Source: Bacillota bacterium
Lineage (GTDB): Bacteria; Bacillota; Clostridia; Christensenellales; DTU072
Length of the DNA: 50,688 nucleotides
Direction of reading: 5' to 3'
Assembly (NCBI GenBank): GCA_044426075.1
Contig: JAWXUT010000001.1
Span: 1 to 50,688, forward strand
The position numbers and the translations under genes are program-made. This document shows, in pieces, positions 17,829-27,881 of this stretch. The stretch's first letter is position 1. Each line of letters begins with the position of its first letter. The notes beneath the pieces were generated by a model, which made no database searches, had not been told where the DNA came from, and saw only the letters and a program-made list of their open reading frames with translations.

Positions 17829-19385
17829 TTAATTTATTCCTGCCTTAGCCAAGAATTTTGCGAACCCAGCTTGCCCTTCTTCTGTATTTTTGAAAACAGC
17901 GGTGCAATCAAGTATTTTGAAACAAGTGTTGTTGATGTATTCTGTTATAATACTTTCTGCTTGCTCTTCTTCAAGTGCGGTGCCGTGGTCATTTACAAGT
18001 TGCATAACCATACCTAAATGCTTATGAAGAGGGTGTTTTTCGCTTGTGCTCATTTTGCGGAAGTCTGCAGGTTTTGCTCCAGTAAGAACTTCTGCTATAC
18101 ATTGCATTTCATTAAATAATCTGCCGGGAAGAATAAATGTACCCATAGCTTCAATTATGCCAATGCCTTCACCCTTAATGTTGTGCATATCTGCGGTTGG
18201 ATGAAAAATGCCGTGTGGATATTTTGATGTTGTGCGATTGTTGCGTAAAATCAAATAGAATGTATATCCCTCATCTTCAGTGTAAGTTGCAACGGAAGTT
18301 ATTGTGTTATGTGGTTCATCTTCTGTTTTTGCAATAATATTATGCTCTTTATCGGTGTATTCTCTCCAAGCGGAAAGCACACTACTTGCACACCTAATTG
18401 CTTGTGCGCGGTCTTTTGATCTTATTGATACAACGGAATTGTACCAGTCTAAAATACCAATTTCTGCATTTTTATAAGTAGCACTGCTGAATCTTTTGCG
18501 TATGCCTCTCTCAAACATTGGCAAAACCTTTTTGCCACCTTGAAAGTGGTTGTGTGATAAAATACTGCCACCAACTATAGGTAAATCTGCATTGCTTCCC
18601 ATAAAATAATGTGGGAATTGCTCTACAAAATCCGCAAGACGCACAAAGGTGTTGCGTGAAATCTCCATAGGTTCGTGCTTTTCTGATATCGCTATGCAGT
18701 GATTATCAAAATATACGTATGGTGAATACTGCAAAAACCAGTTTTCGTTTGCCAAATTAAGCGGAATCATACGCAATGGCTGCCTTGCTGGCACCTTATG
18801 TGAACCCGCATAGCCTATAACATCGGGGCATATTACACATTTTGGATATGATTGTTGTGGCAATGTACGTTCGTATGCCACTTGTTTATTATCTTTTTCG
18901 GGCTTGCTCAAGTTGATTGTAACAACTATGTTGCCACGCTCGCTACTTGCATTCCAAACCATATTTTTCTCGATATCTTTGGTGCGAATATAATAACTAT
19001 CTTTTGATAAGTCGTATAGATAATCCGTAGCCTGTTGTATCCCAAGATATGCAGCTTTTGATTGAAAGGTGTTTACAACCAATCCCGCTGAAGGTGTTAC
19101 AAAACCCATAACCTTAGCTTCAACTGTTTGAAGGTTGGTTTCTGTTAACTCTTCAAATTTTGTGAATCCGTTGCGAATGGCATATTTAGCTATTGGCTCT
19201 AATATGCTCTTGTGTAGTTCCATAGCGGAAGTGTAGTTGCCTTGCGTGGGTTCATTAATTTCTAGCCAGTCGAAAAGTTGATTTTGTGCGTACATTTTGT
19301 CGACAGTGGTTAATCCCAATTTGCTTGTAGAATAATCTAAAAGGTTTGCTACAGCCTTTGCAATGTCAAAAACAGTTCTTGCCAT
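17829..19385 (-). CDS. galT: UDP-glucose--hexose-1-phosphate uridylyltransferase (long, type-2 GalT)
   Basis: 518 aa with the GGSILSHNHFQGG active-site motif of Firmicutes-type GalT. Its stop lies 2 nt from the dnaX start. Confidence 0.85.
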   Translation of the reverse strand: MARTVFDIAKAVANLLDYSTSKLGLTTVDKMYAQNQLFDWLEINEPTQGNYTSAMELHKSILEPIAKYAIRNGFTKFEELTETNLQTVEAKVMGFVTPSAGLVVNTFQSKAAYLGIQQATDYLYDLSKDSYYIRTKDIEKNMVWNASSERGNIVVTINLSKPEKDNKQVAYERTLPQQSYPKCVICPDVIGYAGSHKVPARQPLRMIPLNLANENWFLQYSPYVYFDNHCIAISEKHEPMEISRNTFVRLADFVEQFPHYFMGSNADLPIVGGSILSHNHFQGGKKVLPMFERGIRKRFSSATYKNAEIGILDWYNSVVSIRSKDRAQAIRCASSVLSAWREYTDKEHNIIAKTEDEPHNTITSVATYTEDEGYTFYLILRNNRTTSKYPHGIFHPTADMHNIKGEGIGIIEAMGTFILPGRLFNEMQCIAEVLTGAKPADFRKMSTSEKHPLHKHLGMVMQLVNDHGTALEEEQAESIITEYINNTCFKILDCTAVFKNTEEGQAGFAKFLAKAGIN

Positions 19386-19441
19386 ATGATAACTCCTTGA
19401 TACTTAAATAATTTAGCCTTAAAATTAAATGCTATACATAC

Positions 19442-19469
19442 ATTATAACATACAAATTAACCCTTGCAA
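19442..19469 (-). promoter_or_regulatory. Putative galT promoter (TTGCAA-16-TATAAT)
   Basis: On the minus strand the -10 TATAAT is at 19447..19442. The -35 is the palindromic TTGCAA at 19464..19469. Confidence 0.35.
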
Positions 19470-19492
19470 ATATTTTTTTACTATGTTATAAT
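19464..19492 (+). promoter_or_regulatory. Putative galK promoter (TTGCAA-17-TATAAT)
   Basis: -35 at 19464..19469 and -10 at 19487..19492, 34 nt upstream of the galK ATG. Confidence 0.45.
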
Positions 19493-19525
19493 TTTTTTAT
19501 AAATATTTTTATAAGTGAGGTCAAT

Positions 19526-20788
19526 ATGACTACAAAAATCGCACCAAAAGAGCTAGTTGCAAGAAAATCTTTTCTAAAAACGGTTCAAGAGATATACACA
19601 GCTTCTCCACAAGAGGTTGCGGAGCGTTATGCTACACTCATAAATATCCATACAGAGAGCTATAAAGGTGCATATGATATGTTCAGTTCACCTGGCAGAA
19701 TAGAGCTTTGTGGCAATCACACCGACCACAATGGCGGGTCAGTGGTTGCTGCGGCGGTTTCTGTTGACACCATAGCAGTTGTCACAAAAATTGCAGAAAA
19801 CAAGATTATAATTAAAAGCGTGGGTTATCCAATAGTAGAAGTTGATATCACCGATCATAAACATTATAGCGCAGAAGAAGGCACATCACACGCCCTTGTT
19901 CGCGGAGTGATAGATGCATTTTTAGCAAGAGGATACAATGTAGGCGGCTTTATTGCAACCACAACCAGCGATGTTTTTAAAGGCGCGGGTATGAGTAGTT
20001 CTGCTAGTTTTGAAGTGCTAGTTACAGCTATATTAAATTATTATTATAATGACGATAAAATTGATGCAGTAGAGCGCGCAATAATAAGTCAGTATGCAGA
20101 AAATGTTTATTTTGGCAAACCATCAGGGCTTATGGATCAAGCATCCATATCAATTGGCGGCGTAAGCTATATGAATTTTAAAGACAACAACGCACCTATC
20201 GTAAAAAAATTGGATTGGCAATTTGCTAATTGTACCGCAGTAGTAATAAACTGTGGGGGCGACCATTGTGATTTGACACCAGAATACGCCTCAATAAAGC
20301 ACGAGATGCAAGCTATTGCAAACCATTTCGGGGCAGAAAAGCTAGGTTATATTGCAGAGGAAGTATTTTATTCAGCCCTCGCGGAACTAAAAGAAAAATT
20401 CAGTGGCAGAGCAATAATGCGTGCAATGCACTTCTATTCAGAAAACGAGCGCGTGCATAATTTTGCAGACGGCGTTATCGCAAACGATATAGATAAAGTA
20501 ATGGGCATTGTAACAGAATCGGGCGATTCTTCTTATCAAAAATTACAAAACTGCTATGTTAGCGGTGATGATGCACAACCTATTCCACTTGGATTAGCAC
20601 TTGTTGCAGAAGAAGATGGCGTGCTTGCAAGGCGCGTACACGGCGGCGGTTTTGCGGGAACAATACTTACATTCGTAGATAACGCATATCTCGCCAACTT
20701 TGTAGAAAATATGGCTAAATACTATGGCAAACAAAATGTATTCGCTGTAAAAATTAGAGCCAATGGCTCATATAAAATAGAAATTTAA
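19526..20788 (+). CDS. galK: Galactokinase-family GHMP kinase
   Basis: GRIELCGNHTDHNGG galactokinase signature and GHMP motif KGAGMSSSAS. Divergent from galT. Confidence 0.8.
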   Translation: MTTKIAPKELVARKSFLKTVQEIYTASPQEVAERYATLINIHTESYKGAYDMFSSPGRIELCGNHTDHNGGSVVAAAVSVDTIAVVTKIAENKIIIKSVGYPIVEVDITDHKHYSAEEGTSHALVRGVIDAFLARGYNVGGFIATTTSDVFKGAGMSSSASFEVLVTAILNYYYNDDKIDAVERAIISQYAENVYFGKPSGLMDQASISIGGVSYMNFKDNNAPIVKKLDWQFANCTAVVINCGGDHCDLTPEYASIKHEMQAIANHFGAEKLGYIAEEVFYSALAELKEKFSGRAIMRAMHFYSENERVHNFADGVIANDIDKVMGIVTESGDSSYQKLQNCYVSGDDAQPIPLGLALVAEEDGVLARRVHGGGFAGTILTFVDNAYLANFVENMAKYYGKQNVFAVKIRANGSYKIEI

Positions 20789-20807
20789 TCAATTTCGAGG
20801 AGAACTT

Positions 20808-21821
20808 ATGAACGCAATGTTAGCAGATGCTACTTGGACGGGTAATGTTCAGTCTGTAGCATTCACTGTTTTTGGCAAAGATGTTGCTTGGTATGGTATA
20901 ATCATAACATCAGCAATGTTAGTGGGCTTATTTGGGGCTTATATTCGTTGTAAAAAAATTGGTCTTACAATGGATGATTTGTTGGAAATCTTTATGATTG
21001 CCATACCTTTAGCCGTTGTATGTGCAAGGTTGGGTTATGTTTTTGCTAGACCAGCGCAATATTTACTTGTTGAAAACTTCGGTTGGGATGATTTTGTAAA
21101 TATTTTTGCCGTGTGGGATGGTGGCTTAACTATAATGACGGGCGTGCCGGGCGGAATACTTGGCGGCTACATTTGGTGCAGGTGGCGTAAAGTTGACTTT
21201 TTAGCGGGGCTTGATATGATAGCTCCAGTTGTATTATTATCACAAGCAATAGGCAGATGGGGCAACTTCTGCAATCAAGAAATTTATGGCGCAGTTATAA
21301 CAAACGCAAATATGCAATGGTTCCCAATGGCGGTTTATATTGCAAGAGATGGTGCTTTTCACCAAGCATTGTTTTTCTATGAAATGGTGTTAAATGTATT
21401 ATTCTTTATCACAATAATAGTGTTAAGTAAGAGGATAAAGCTAAAAGGTTTCGGCATTTTGAGTTATACCGGAAGTTACGCATTTATCCGTTTTGTAATG
21501 GAATTTTTCCGCGACGATGGCAACATATATGATGTTATAAATTATACACAACTATGTTGTTTTATAGCAGCAATTGCTTGCCTAGCAGGAATATTTATAC
21601 TAATTTACAGATCCAAGAAAAAAGGTATTAGAGTTTGGTACAAAGATAAAGTACCCGCAAATGAGCTAGTAATGGCACGTGTAGCGGTTGCTTCAACTGA
21701 AGAAACTACACCTAATAATGAACAAGAAACTATACAATTAAAAGACGCTTCAAAGCAAGAAGAGTTAGAAAAAGCCAAGGAGCGTACATTTTATAAACCC
21801 AAAAACAAAAGCAAAAAGTAA
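20808..21821 (+). CDS. lgt: Prolipoprotein diacylglyceryl transferase, with a K/E-rich C-terminal tail
   Basis: Lgt signature GRWGNFCNQEIYG and multiple TM segments. Confidence 0.85.
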   Translation: MNAMLADATWTGNVQSVAFTVFGKDVAWYGIIITSAMLVGLFGAYIRCKKIGLTMDDLLEIFMIAIPLAVVCARLGYVFARPAQYLLVENFGWDDFVNIFAVWDGGLTIMTGVPGGILGGYIWCRWRKVDFLAGLDMIAPVVLLSQAIGRWGNFCNQEIYGAVITNANMQWFPMAVYIARDGAFHQALFFYEMVLNVLFFITIIVLSKRIKLKGFGILSYTGSYAFIRFVMEFFRDDGNIYDVINYTQLCCFIAAIACLAGIFILIYRSKKKGIRVWYKDKVPANELVMARVAVASTEETTPNNEQETIQLKDASKQEELEKAKERTFYKPKNKSKK

Positions 21822-21830
21822 GGAGATGCC

Positions 21831-23243
21831 ATGCGTAATTTAACTATGTTGACTGATTTATATCAGCTTACTATGATGAACGGCTATGTTGAAACAGACA
21901 CAGCAGACAAAGAAGCAGTTTTTGATGTTTTTTACAGACCAGCACCAGGATTGGAGTGGGCTGTAGCCGCGGGGCTTGAACAAGCCATTGATATGATTAA
22001 CAATCTTTCCTTTTCAGAAGAAGACATCGCATATTTGCGTAGTTTGAACTGTTTTGGAGAAAAGTTTTTCGCGCGTCTAGCAGATTTCAAATTTACTGGT
22101 GATATATATGCGGTTCGCGAGGGAGAAATAGTTTTTCCAATGGAACCAATTCTTACAGTAAAAGCACCAATTTTTCAAGCACAACTTATAGAAACAGCAC
22201 TATTAAACATAATAAATCACCAAACATTAATTGCAACAAAGTCACTAAAAATCACCCAAGAAACAACGGGTGCAGTAAGTGAATTTGGTTTGCGTAGGGC
22301 GCAAGGTCCCGATGCGGGCTTATATGGCGCAAGGGCAAGTATAATAGGCGGTTGCACCTCAACAAGCAACGTGCTAGCGGGCAAGATGTTCGGGCTAAAG
22401 GTTAGCGGAACGCACGCACACAGTTGGGTTATGAGCTTTGATACAGAGCTAGAAGCCTTCAGAAAGTATGCAGAAATTTATCCTAATAACTGCTTGCTTT
22501 TGGTGGATACATATGACACATTAAAGAGCGGTGTGCCAAATGCAATAAAGGTATTTGATGAATTAAAAGCTAAAGGAATAAAGCCAGTTGGCATCAGACT
22601 TGATAGCGGAGATTTAGCTTATTTAAGCAAGCGTGCACGCGTTATGCTAGATGAAGCTGGGCACACAGAAGCTAAGATATTTGCAAGTGGAGATATAGAT
22701 GAAAATATCCTTAATTCATTGCACATACAAGGTGCAAAAATTGATGTATGGGGCATAGGCACAAAGCTAATTACAGCTGCACCAAACCCAGCATTAGGTG
22801 GCGTTTACAAGCTAGCAAGTATTAACGAAACGGGTGTTTGGGTTCCCAAAATGAAAGTTAGTGATACTCAAATCAAAATAACCAACCCAGGTTTAAAAAC
22901 CACATACAGAATTTATGATCAAAAGGGTATGGCAGCTGCAGATATGATTGCATTGCGTGATGAGGCTATTGACACCAGCAAACCACTTACAGTTTTTCAC
23001 CCAGTTGAAACGTGGAAAAAGAAGACTTTTACAGAGTACACTGTTCGTGACATAATGGTTAAAGTAATTGAAAATGGCAAGCAAATAGTTAACAATCCTA
23101 GTTTGAATGACATTGTAACATTTGCAACGCAATCTAGGTCGGAGTTTTGGGCGGAATATATGCGTCTAATAAATCCACATATATATAAGGTAGATTTAAG
23201 CGCGAAGTTGTGGGAAATGCGACAATCTATAATAAACAAGTAA
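21831..23243 (+). CDS. pncB: Nicotinate phosphoribosyltransferase
   Basis: TDLYQLTMMNGY N-terminus, GLRRAQG, and SGTHAHSWVM motifs of the NAPRTase family. Confidence 0.88.
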   Translation: MRNLTMLTDLYQLTMMNGYVETDTADKEAVFDVFYRPAPGLEWAVAAGLEQAIDMINNLSFSEEDIAYLRSLNCFGEKFFARLADFKFTGDIYAVREGEIVFPMEPILTVKAPIFQAQLIETALLNIINHQTLIATKSLKITQETTGAVSEFGLRRAQGPDAGLYGARASIIGGCTSTSNVLAGKMFGLKVSGTHAHSWVMSFDTELEAFRKYAEIYPNNCLLLVDTYDTLKSGVPNAIKVFDELKAKGIKPVGIRLDSGDLAYLSKRARVMLDEAGHTEAKIFASGDIDENILNSLHIQGAKIDVWGIGTKLITAAPNPALGGVYKLASINETGVWVPKMKVSDTQIKITNPGLKTTYRIYDQKGMAAADMIALRDEAIDTSKPLTVFHPVETWKKKTFTEYTVRDIMVKVIENGKQIVNNPSLNDIVTFATQSRSEFWAEYMRLINPHIYKVDLSAKLWEMRQSIINK

Positions 23244-23278
23244 ACACAAAATGACAAAGGGAAAAGAGAGGGTAAGTT

Positions 23279-26200
23279 TTGAATCTTAATAGAATAGAAA
23301 TTTATGGATTTAAGTCATTTGCGGATAAAGTGGCAATTGATTTCAATTCAAACATAACGGGAATAGTAGGGCCAAACGGCTGTGGTAAATCTAACGTTGC
23401 AGATGCTGTAAGGTGGGTATTGGGAGAGCAGACCGCCTCAGTTTTGCGATGCAAAAAGATGCCAGAAGTTATCTTTAGCGGCACAGAAAACAGAAAATCG
23501 TTATCTTATTGTGAGGTATCGTTGTTTTTGGATAACACGCAAAAGTTCTATAAAGTAGATTATGAAGAAGTTATAATAACAAGAAAGCTTGACAAGAGCG
23601 GAGAATCAGAATATTTTATCAACCGCGCGCCTTGTAGGTGGAAAGATATAATTGAGCTTTTTAGAGATAGCGGAATTGGGCGTGAGGGCTACAGCATAAT
23701 TGGGCAAGGCAAGGTAGAAGAAATTTTATCAGCTCGTCCCGAATCACGCAGAAAGATATTTGAAGAAGCCGCAGGAATCACCGCATTTAGGGCTCGTAGG
23801 GTAGAAACTGAAAGAAATCTTGAAAGAACAAGGCTCAATATGGAGCGTATCAACGATATGCGTATGGAAATTGAGCGCAGTTTGCAACCATTAGAAGAAG
23901 AGGCAAAAACGGCAAACAAGGCAAAAGAGCTCAAAAAACGTATGAAAATGATAGATATTTATTATTTTCTACACCAAACAGAGCACAGTGCAGATGAGCG
24001 TGCAAGGTTGACCAAAAGGGTTAAATCGGCGCAACTTGATGTTGAAAATGCTCATAGCGCGCTAGCAGAAAGCAGTCGCGAGTATAATATTTCTATGATA
24101 GATATAGAAAACAGCGATATCTTCACCAATAAATTGCGTGACCAAATTGCAGAACGTATGGTTATAGCAGAGCGCAAAATGGGTGAAACCAGATTATTGA
24201 CAGCGGAGCTAACCAATTTAAAGAAAAAAGGGCAAGAGATAGCAACTGAGATTGCAACTTGCACAACAAGGCAAGCGGATAGAGAGCAAAAGCGCATAGA
24301 AAACACCGACCAACTTGAAAAAAGCACTGCAGAGCTAGCCGAGCAAGAGGCAATTTATGCTGAACTTGAAGCAATTTATAAAGAAATGCAGATAGATGTT
24401 AAGCAACAAGAAATGCAGTTGGAAGCTACCAATGAAATGGTTTTTAACAGCAGTGATAAGTTGCATTCATTTGACAAAGATGAAACAAAACTTGCAGTTG
24501 AGCTAAGTATGTTGTCGGATAGTTTGGGTAAGGATAAAGAAGAATACAAAGAGAAAACCGGCAAACTTTCAGCAGTTAAAAAAGAAATTGATAGAACCGT
24601 TGCTGCGCGCGCAGTAATTGCCGAGGAGAAGGCGGAAAAGGAAGAAGAGCGTGCTTCTGCTATGGAAAAATACAATATGGCACTGTCTGAAATGCAAAAA
24701 GACAAGGCGATATTTGATGAAAAGCAAAAGCTAATAGCACAGTTTGAATACAAGATTGCAAGCGAGAAAAAGATATTAAAAGATTACAACAACTATGCTC
24801 ATTCAGTACGATTTTTGATGAATGAAGCAAACAAAAATCCCGCAGTAAAAGAGTTAATTTTGGGTACGGTTGGTGAAGTTATCAGCGTTCCTAAAGACCT
24901 ACAAGTTGCAATTGAAGTTGCGCTTGGCGGCAGCATACAAAACATAATAGTTGAGCGCGACGTTGATGCAACACAACTTATTAAGGTAATGCGCGAGAGG
25001 AATTATGGTAGGGCAACGTTCTTGCCAGTGGCATCAATTAGAGGCAACTTTTTAAACTCTAGTGCAGATAGAATTCTTGACGAAGACGGCGTTGTAGGCG
25101 TTGCATCTGATCTTATAAATTGTAACAGAAAATTCAGCAATATTATATCAAACTTGTTGGGTAGAACGATTATCGTAGAAGATAGCGAAACTGCAATGCG
25201 GATAAACAAAAGGTACAATGCGGGTATCCGAATGGTCACTATTAGTGGTTCTGTGTTTGCACCAAGTGGAGCAATTACGGGTGGTTCAGCACCTAGCGGA
25301 AGCAGTAGAATTTTAAGTAAAGAGTCTGAGGTTAAAGACCTGGAAACTAAACTTGCAAGATTAGTTCAGCAGTGCAATACCGCGCGTGATATCATTGCCG
25401 AAGCCACCAAAGAAAATCAAGGATTAGAAGACGCTTGCAAGGTATTAAGTGCAAGAATCACGGTTCTTGACAAAGAGTTAACAGCTTATGATGTTAAGTT
25501 AGAAGCGTTAAATAACGAAGCCGAAATATTCAACAATGAAATTGAAAAACTATTGGGCAGAAATGGCGAGATTTCAGCACGAATGAAAGCCGTTAAAGAT
25601 AATATCGATAGGGCAAGTGCCGATAAAGATAGCGCTGCAAATGAAAAAGTGAGTGCAGATGACTTCCTAAACGAGCAACGCCAAAAATTGAACGACGCGC
25701 GTGAAGAGTTAGAAGAAAAAGCGAGCGAGTATATAGCCGCTAAAAATGAATTGACAAAGTTGACTCACGAAGTTGAAACATATACAAGGTCAATTGCAGA
25801 AAACACCGCAGAGATTTCCGCAATCCAAATTCAGCTAGCCGACGCAAAAACGCGAAATGTGATAAATGAGCGTGATGTTATTGCAGCCGAATCTAAAGTT
25901 GACATATCAAATTATGATGAAGAGGATAGAGTTCAGCTAGAATCAATGCGCGCAGAGGTTGCAAAGGTTGAAGAGCATAAGAAAAATATGCAACAAAAGG
26001 TAGCCGAGCTAAACATTACAAAAGAAGAACTTAACAAAAAGATATTGGAAGTTGAAGAGCGCCGTGTTCGTGAAGAATCAGCACTTGAGCGTATGATGTC
26101 AGATGTTGAGGCGTTAACTGAAAGAATCAGCACCGATTATGATATGGATTATAATAGTGCACTTGAGTTCAGAAAAGAAACCGCCGCAGAAGAGTTCGAG

Positions 26201-26893
26201 CTTGATGTTGATAAAGCGGCACAAGAAAGTGCTTCTTTACGTAGAAAAATAGAGCGTTTGGGTCCACTAAACGAACTTGCAGAATCGCGTTTTGTTGAAG
26301 AACAAGAGCGTTTCAGTTCTATGCAGACACAATATGTTGATCTAGAAAAGGCAAGTACAGACTTAAAAACCCTCATTAAATCATTAACTTCAGAGATGAC
26401 TGAAAAGTTTTCAAAGAGTTTCATTCAAATCAACGCAAACTTCCAAGAGGTATTTTGTGAATTATTTGGCGGTGGTCGCGCAGAATTGGTGCTAGAAACT
26501 GAAGATGGCGAAAAGAGTGTGCTTGAAGCTGGCATCGAGATCATTGCAGAACCACCAGGAAAAAAACCACAGCGCATAAGTCTGTTGTCGGGTGGCGAAC
26601 GCGCAATGACAGCCATTGCAATATTGTTCTCAATTATCAAATTGAAGCCAATGCCATTCAGCTTGCTAGATGAAATTGAAGCAGCGTTGGATGAAAACAA
26701 TGCAACATTATTCGCCCAATACTTGAAAAAGTTTGCAAGCAGAACGCAGTTTATCGTAGTAACTCACCGTAAGCCAACAATGGCATTGTCAGATGTTCTA
26801 TACGGTGTAACCAACCAAGAAAAGGGCGTAAGTACACTTGTCAGTGTTAAACTTGAAGACGCAATCAAAACAATTGAAGAGGAGAAAAAGTAG
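23279..26893 (+). CDS. smc: Chromosome segregation protein SMC
   Basis: 1204 aa. Walker A GPNGCGKSN, long coiled coils, a hinge, signature LSGGE, and Walker B LLDEIEAALD. TTG start. Confidence 0.93.
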   Translation: MNLNRIEIYGFKSFADKVAIDFNSNITGIVGPNGCGKSNVADAVRWVLGEQTASVLRCKKMPEVIFSGTENRKSLSYCEVSLFLDNTQKFYKVDYEEVIITRKLDKSGESEYFINRAPCRWKDIIELFRDSGIGREGYSIIGQGKVEEILSARPESRRKIFEEAAGITAFRARRVETERNLERTRLNMERINDMRMEIERSLQPLEEEAKTANKAKELKKRMKMIDIYYFLHQTEHSADERARLTKRVKSAQLDVENAHSALAESSREYNISMIDIENSDIFTNKLRDQIAERMVIAERKMGETRLLTAELTNLKKKGQEIATEIATCTTRQADREQKRIENTDQLEKSTAELAEQEAIYAELEAIYKEMQIDVKQQEMQLEATNEMVFNSSDKLHSFDKDETKLAVELSMLSDSLGKDKEEYKEKTGKLSAVKKEIDRTVAARAVIAEEKAEKEEERASAMEKYNMALSEMQKDKAIFDEKQKLIAQFEYKIASEKKILKDYNNYAHSVRFLMNEANKNPAVKELILGTVGEVISVPKDLQVAIEVALGGSIQNIIVERDVDATQLIKVMRERNYGRATFLPVASIRGNFLNSSADRILDEDGVVGVASDLINCNRKFSNIISNLLGRTIIVEDSETAMRINKRYNAGIRMVTISGSVFAPSGAITGGSAPSGSSRILSKESEVKDLETKLARLVQQCNTARDIIAEATKENQGLEDACKVLSARITVLDKELTAYDVKLEALNNEAEIFNNEIEKLLGRNGEISARMKAVKDNIDRASADKDSAANEKVSADDFLNEQRQKLNDAREELEEKASEYIAAKNELTKLTHEVETYTRSIAENTAEISAIQIQLADAKTRNVINERDVIAAESKVDISNYDEEDRVQLESMRAEVAKVEEHKKNMQQKVAELNITKEELNKKILEVEERRVREESALERMMSDVEALTERISTDYDMDYNSALEFRKETAAEEFELDVDKAAQESASLRRKIERLGPLNELAESRFVEEQERFSSMQTQYVDLEKASTDLKTLIKSLTSEMTEKFSKSFIQINANFQEVFCELFGGGRAELVLETEDGEKSVLEAGIEIIAEPPGKKPQRISLLSGGERAMTAIAILFSIIKLKPMPFSLLDEIEAALDENNATLFAQYLKKFASRTQFIVVTHRKPTMALSDVLYGVTNQEKGVSTLVSVKLEDAIKTIEEEKK

Positions 26894-27790
26894 ATGGGAA
26901 TCTTTAGTAGCATAAAAAGTGCACTAACCAAAACCAAAGAAAATCTAGGCAAAAAGATATTTGAAGCATTCAAAGCTAAAAATCTTGATGATGAATTTTA
27001 TGATGAGTTAGAAATGTCAATGATATCAGCCGATATGGGTGTTTCTGCTACAGAAAGTATAATTTCTGAGTTAAAGGATACTTTGTACAGAAATAAAATT
27101 ACCAATCCAGAAAAGGCGCGCGAAGAACTAAAGCGCATAATGCTTGAAAGTATCGACTATGAAATTCCAGAATATGAATATCCACTACTAGTAATGGTTG
27201 CGGGTGTAAACGGCGTTGGCAAAACAACTGCAATAGGCAAGCTAAGCAAGTATTTTACCTCACAAGGAAAAAGTGTTATAGTAGCCGCAGCCGACACATT
27301 TAGGGCTGCAGCAAGTGAGCAACTTGAAGTATGGGCAAAGCGCGCGGGCGTAAGAATCGTTAAAAATAGCGAGGGTAGTGACCCTGCCGCCGTAGTTTTT
27401 GATGCAATTAGTAGTGCAAAAGCTAAAGGAACCGATGTTATTCTAGTTGACACTGCAGGTAGATTGCACAACAAGAAAAACCTAATGGAAGAACTTAAAA
27501 AAATCAATAGGGTTATAGCTAGAGAATTGCCAGATGCGGACCAAAGAAACTATATTGTGCTAGACGCAACTACTGGACAAAATGCAGTAAGCCAAGTTGA
27601 AATTTTTAACGAAGCAATTGATATTGACGGAATCATTTTGACTAAACTTGACGGAACTGCAAAAGGTGGCGTTGTTATGGCGATATCAGCCGAACTAGAA
27701 ATCCCAGTTGTGTTTGCTGGAATTGGTGAGGGTATTGATGACCTAATTCCATTCAATCCAAATGATTTTATTGATGAAATATTTGCCTAA
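26894..27790 (+). CDS. ftsY: Signal recognition particle receptor FtsY (short form)
   Basis: GVNGVGKTT, DTAGR and TKLD motifs. Its ATG abuts the smc stop. Confidence 0.92.
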   Translation: MGIFSSIKSALTKTKENLGKKIFEAFKAKNLDDEFYDELEMSMISADMGVSATESIISELKDTLYRNKITNPEKAREELKRIMLESIDYEIPEYEYPLLVMVAGVNGVGKTTAIGKLSKYFTSQGKSVIVAAADTFRAAASEQLEVWAKRAGVRIVKNSEGSDPAAVVFDAISSAKAKGTDVILVDTAGRLHNKKNLMEELKKINRVIARELPDADQRNYIVLDATTGQNAVSQVEIFNEAIDIDGIILTKLDGTAKGGVVMAISAELEIPVVFAGIGEGIDDLIPFNPNDFIDEIFA

Positions 27791-27837
27791 ATCTAGTCGA
27801 CAAAACTAGCAAAAATAATACAAATTAAAACGAATAT

Positions 27838-27881
27838 TTTGCTCATACGTGGTTTATAATTTACGTATGAGCAAATTTTTT
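27838..27881 (+). terminator. Intrinsic terminator of smc-ftsY (13-bp perfect stem, 12-nt loop, T6 tract)
   Basis: TTTGCTCATACGT (27838..27850) pairs with ACGTATGAGCAAA (27863..27875). TTTTTT follows at 27876..27881. Confidence 0.65.

Noticed and set aside
23689-26973. Series of 60-125-aa minus-strand ORFs rich in Ser/Leu/Phe inside smc
   Set aside because: They are antisense to GAA/AAG-rich coiled-coil codons, which naturally lack stops on the opposite strand. None has a start context.
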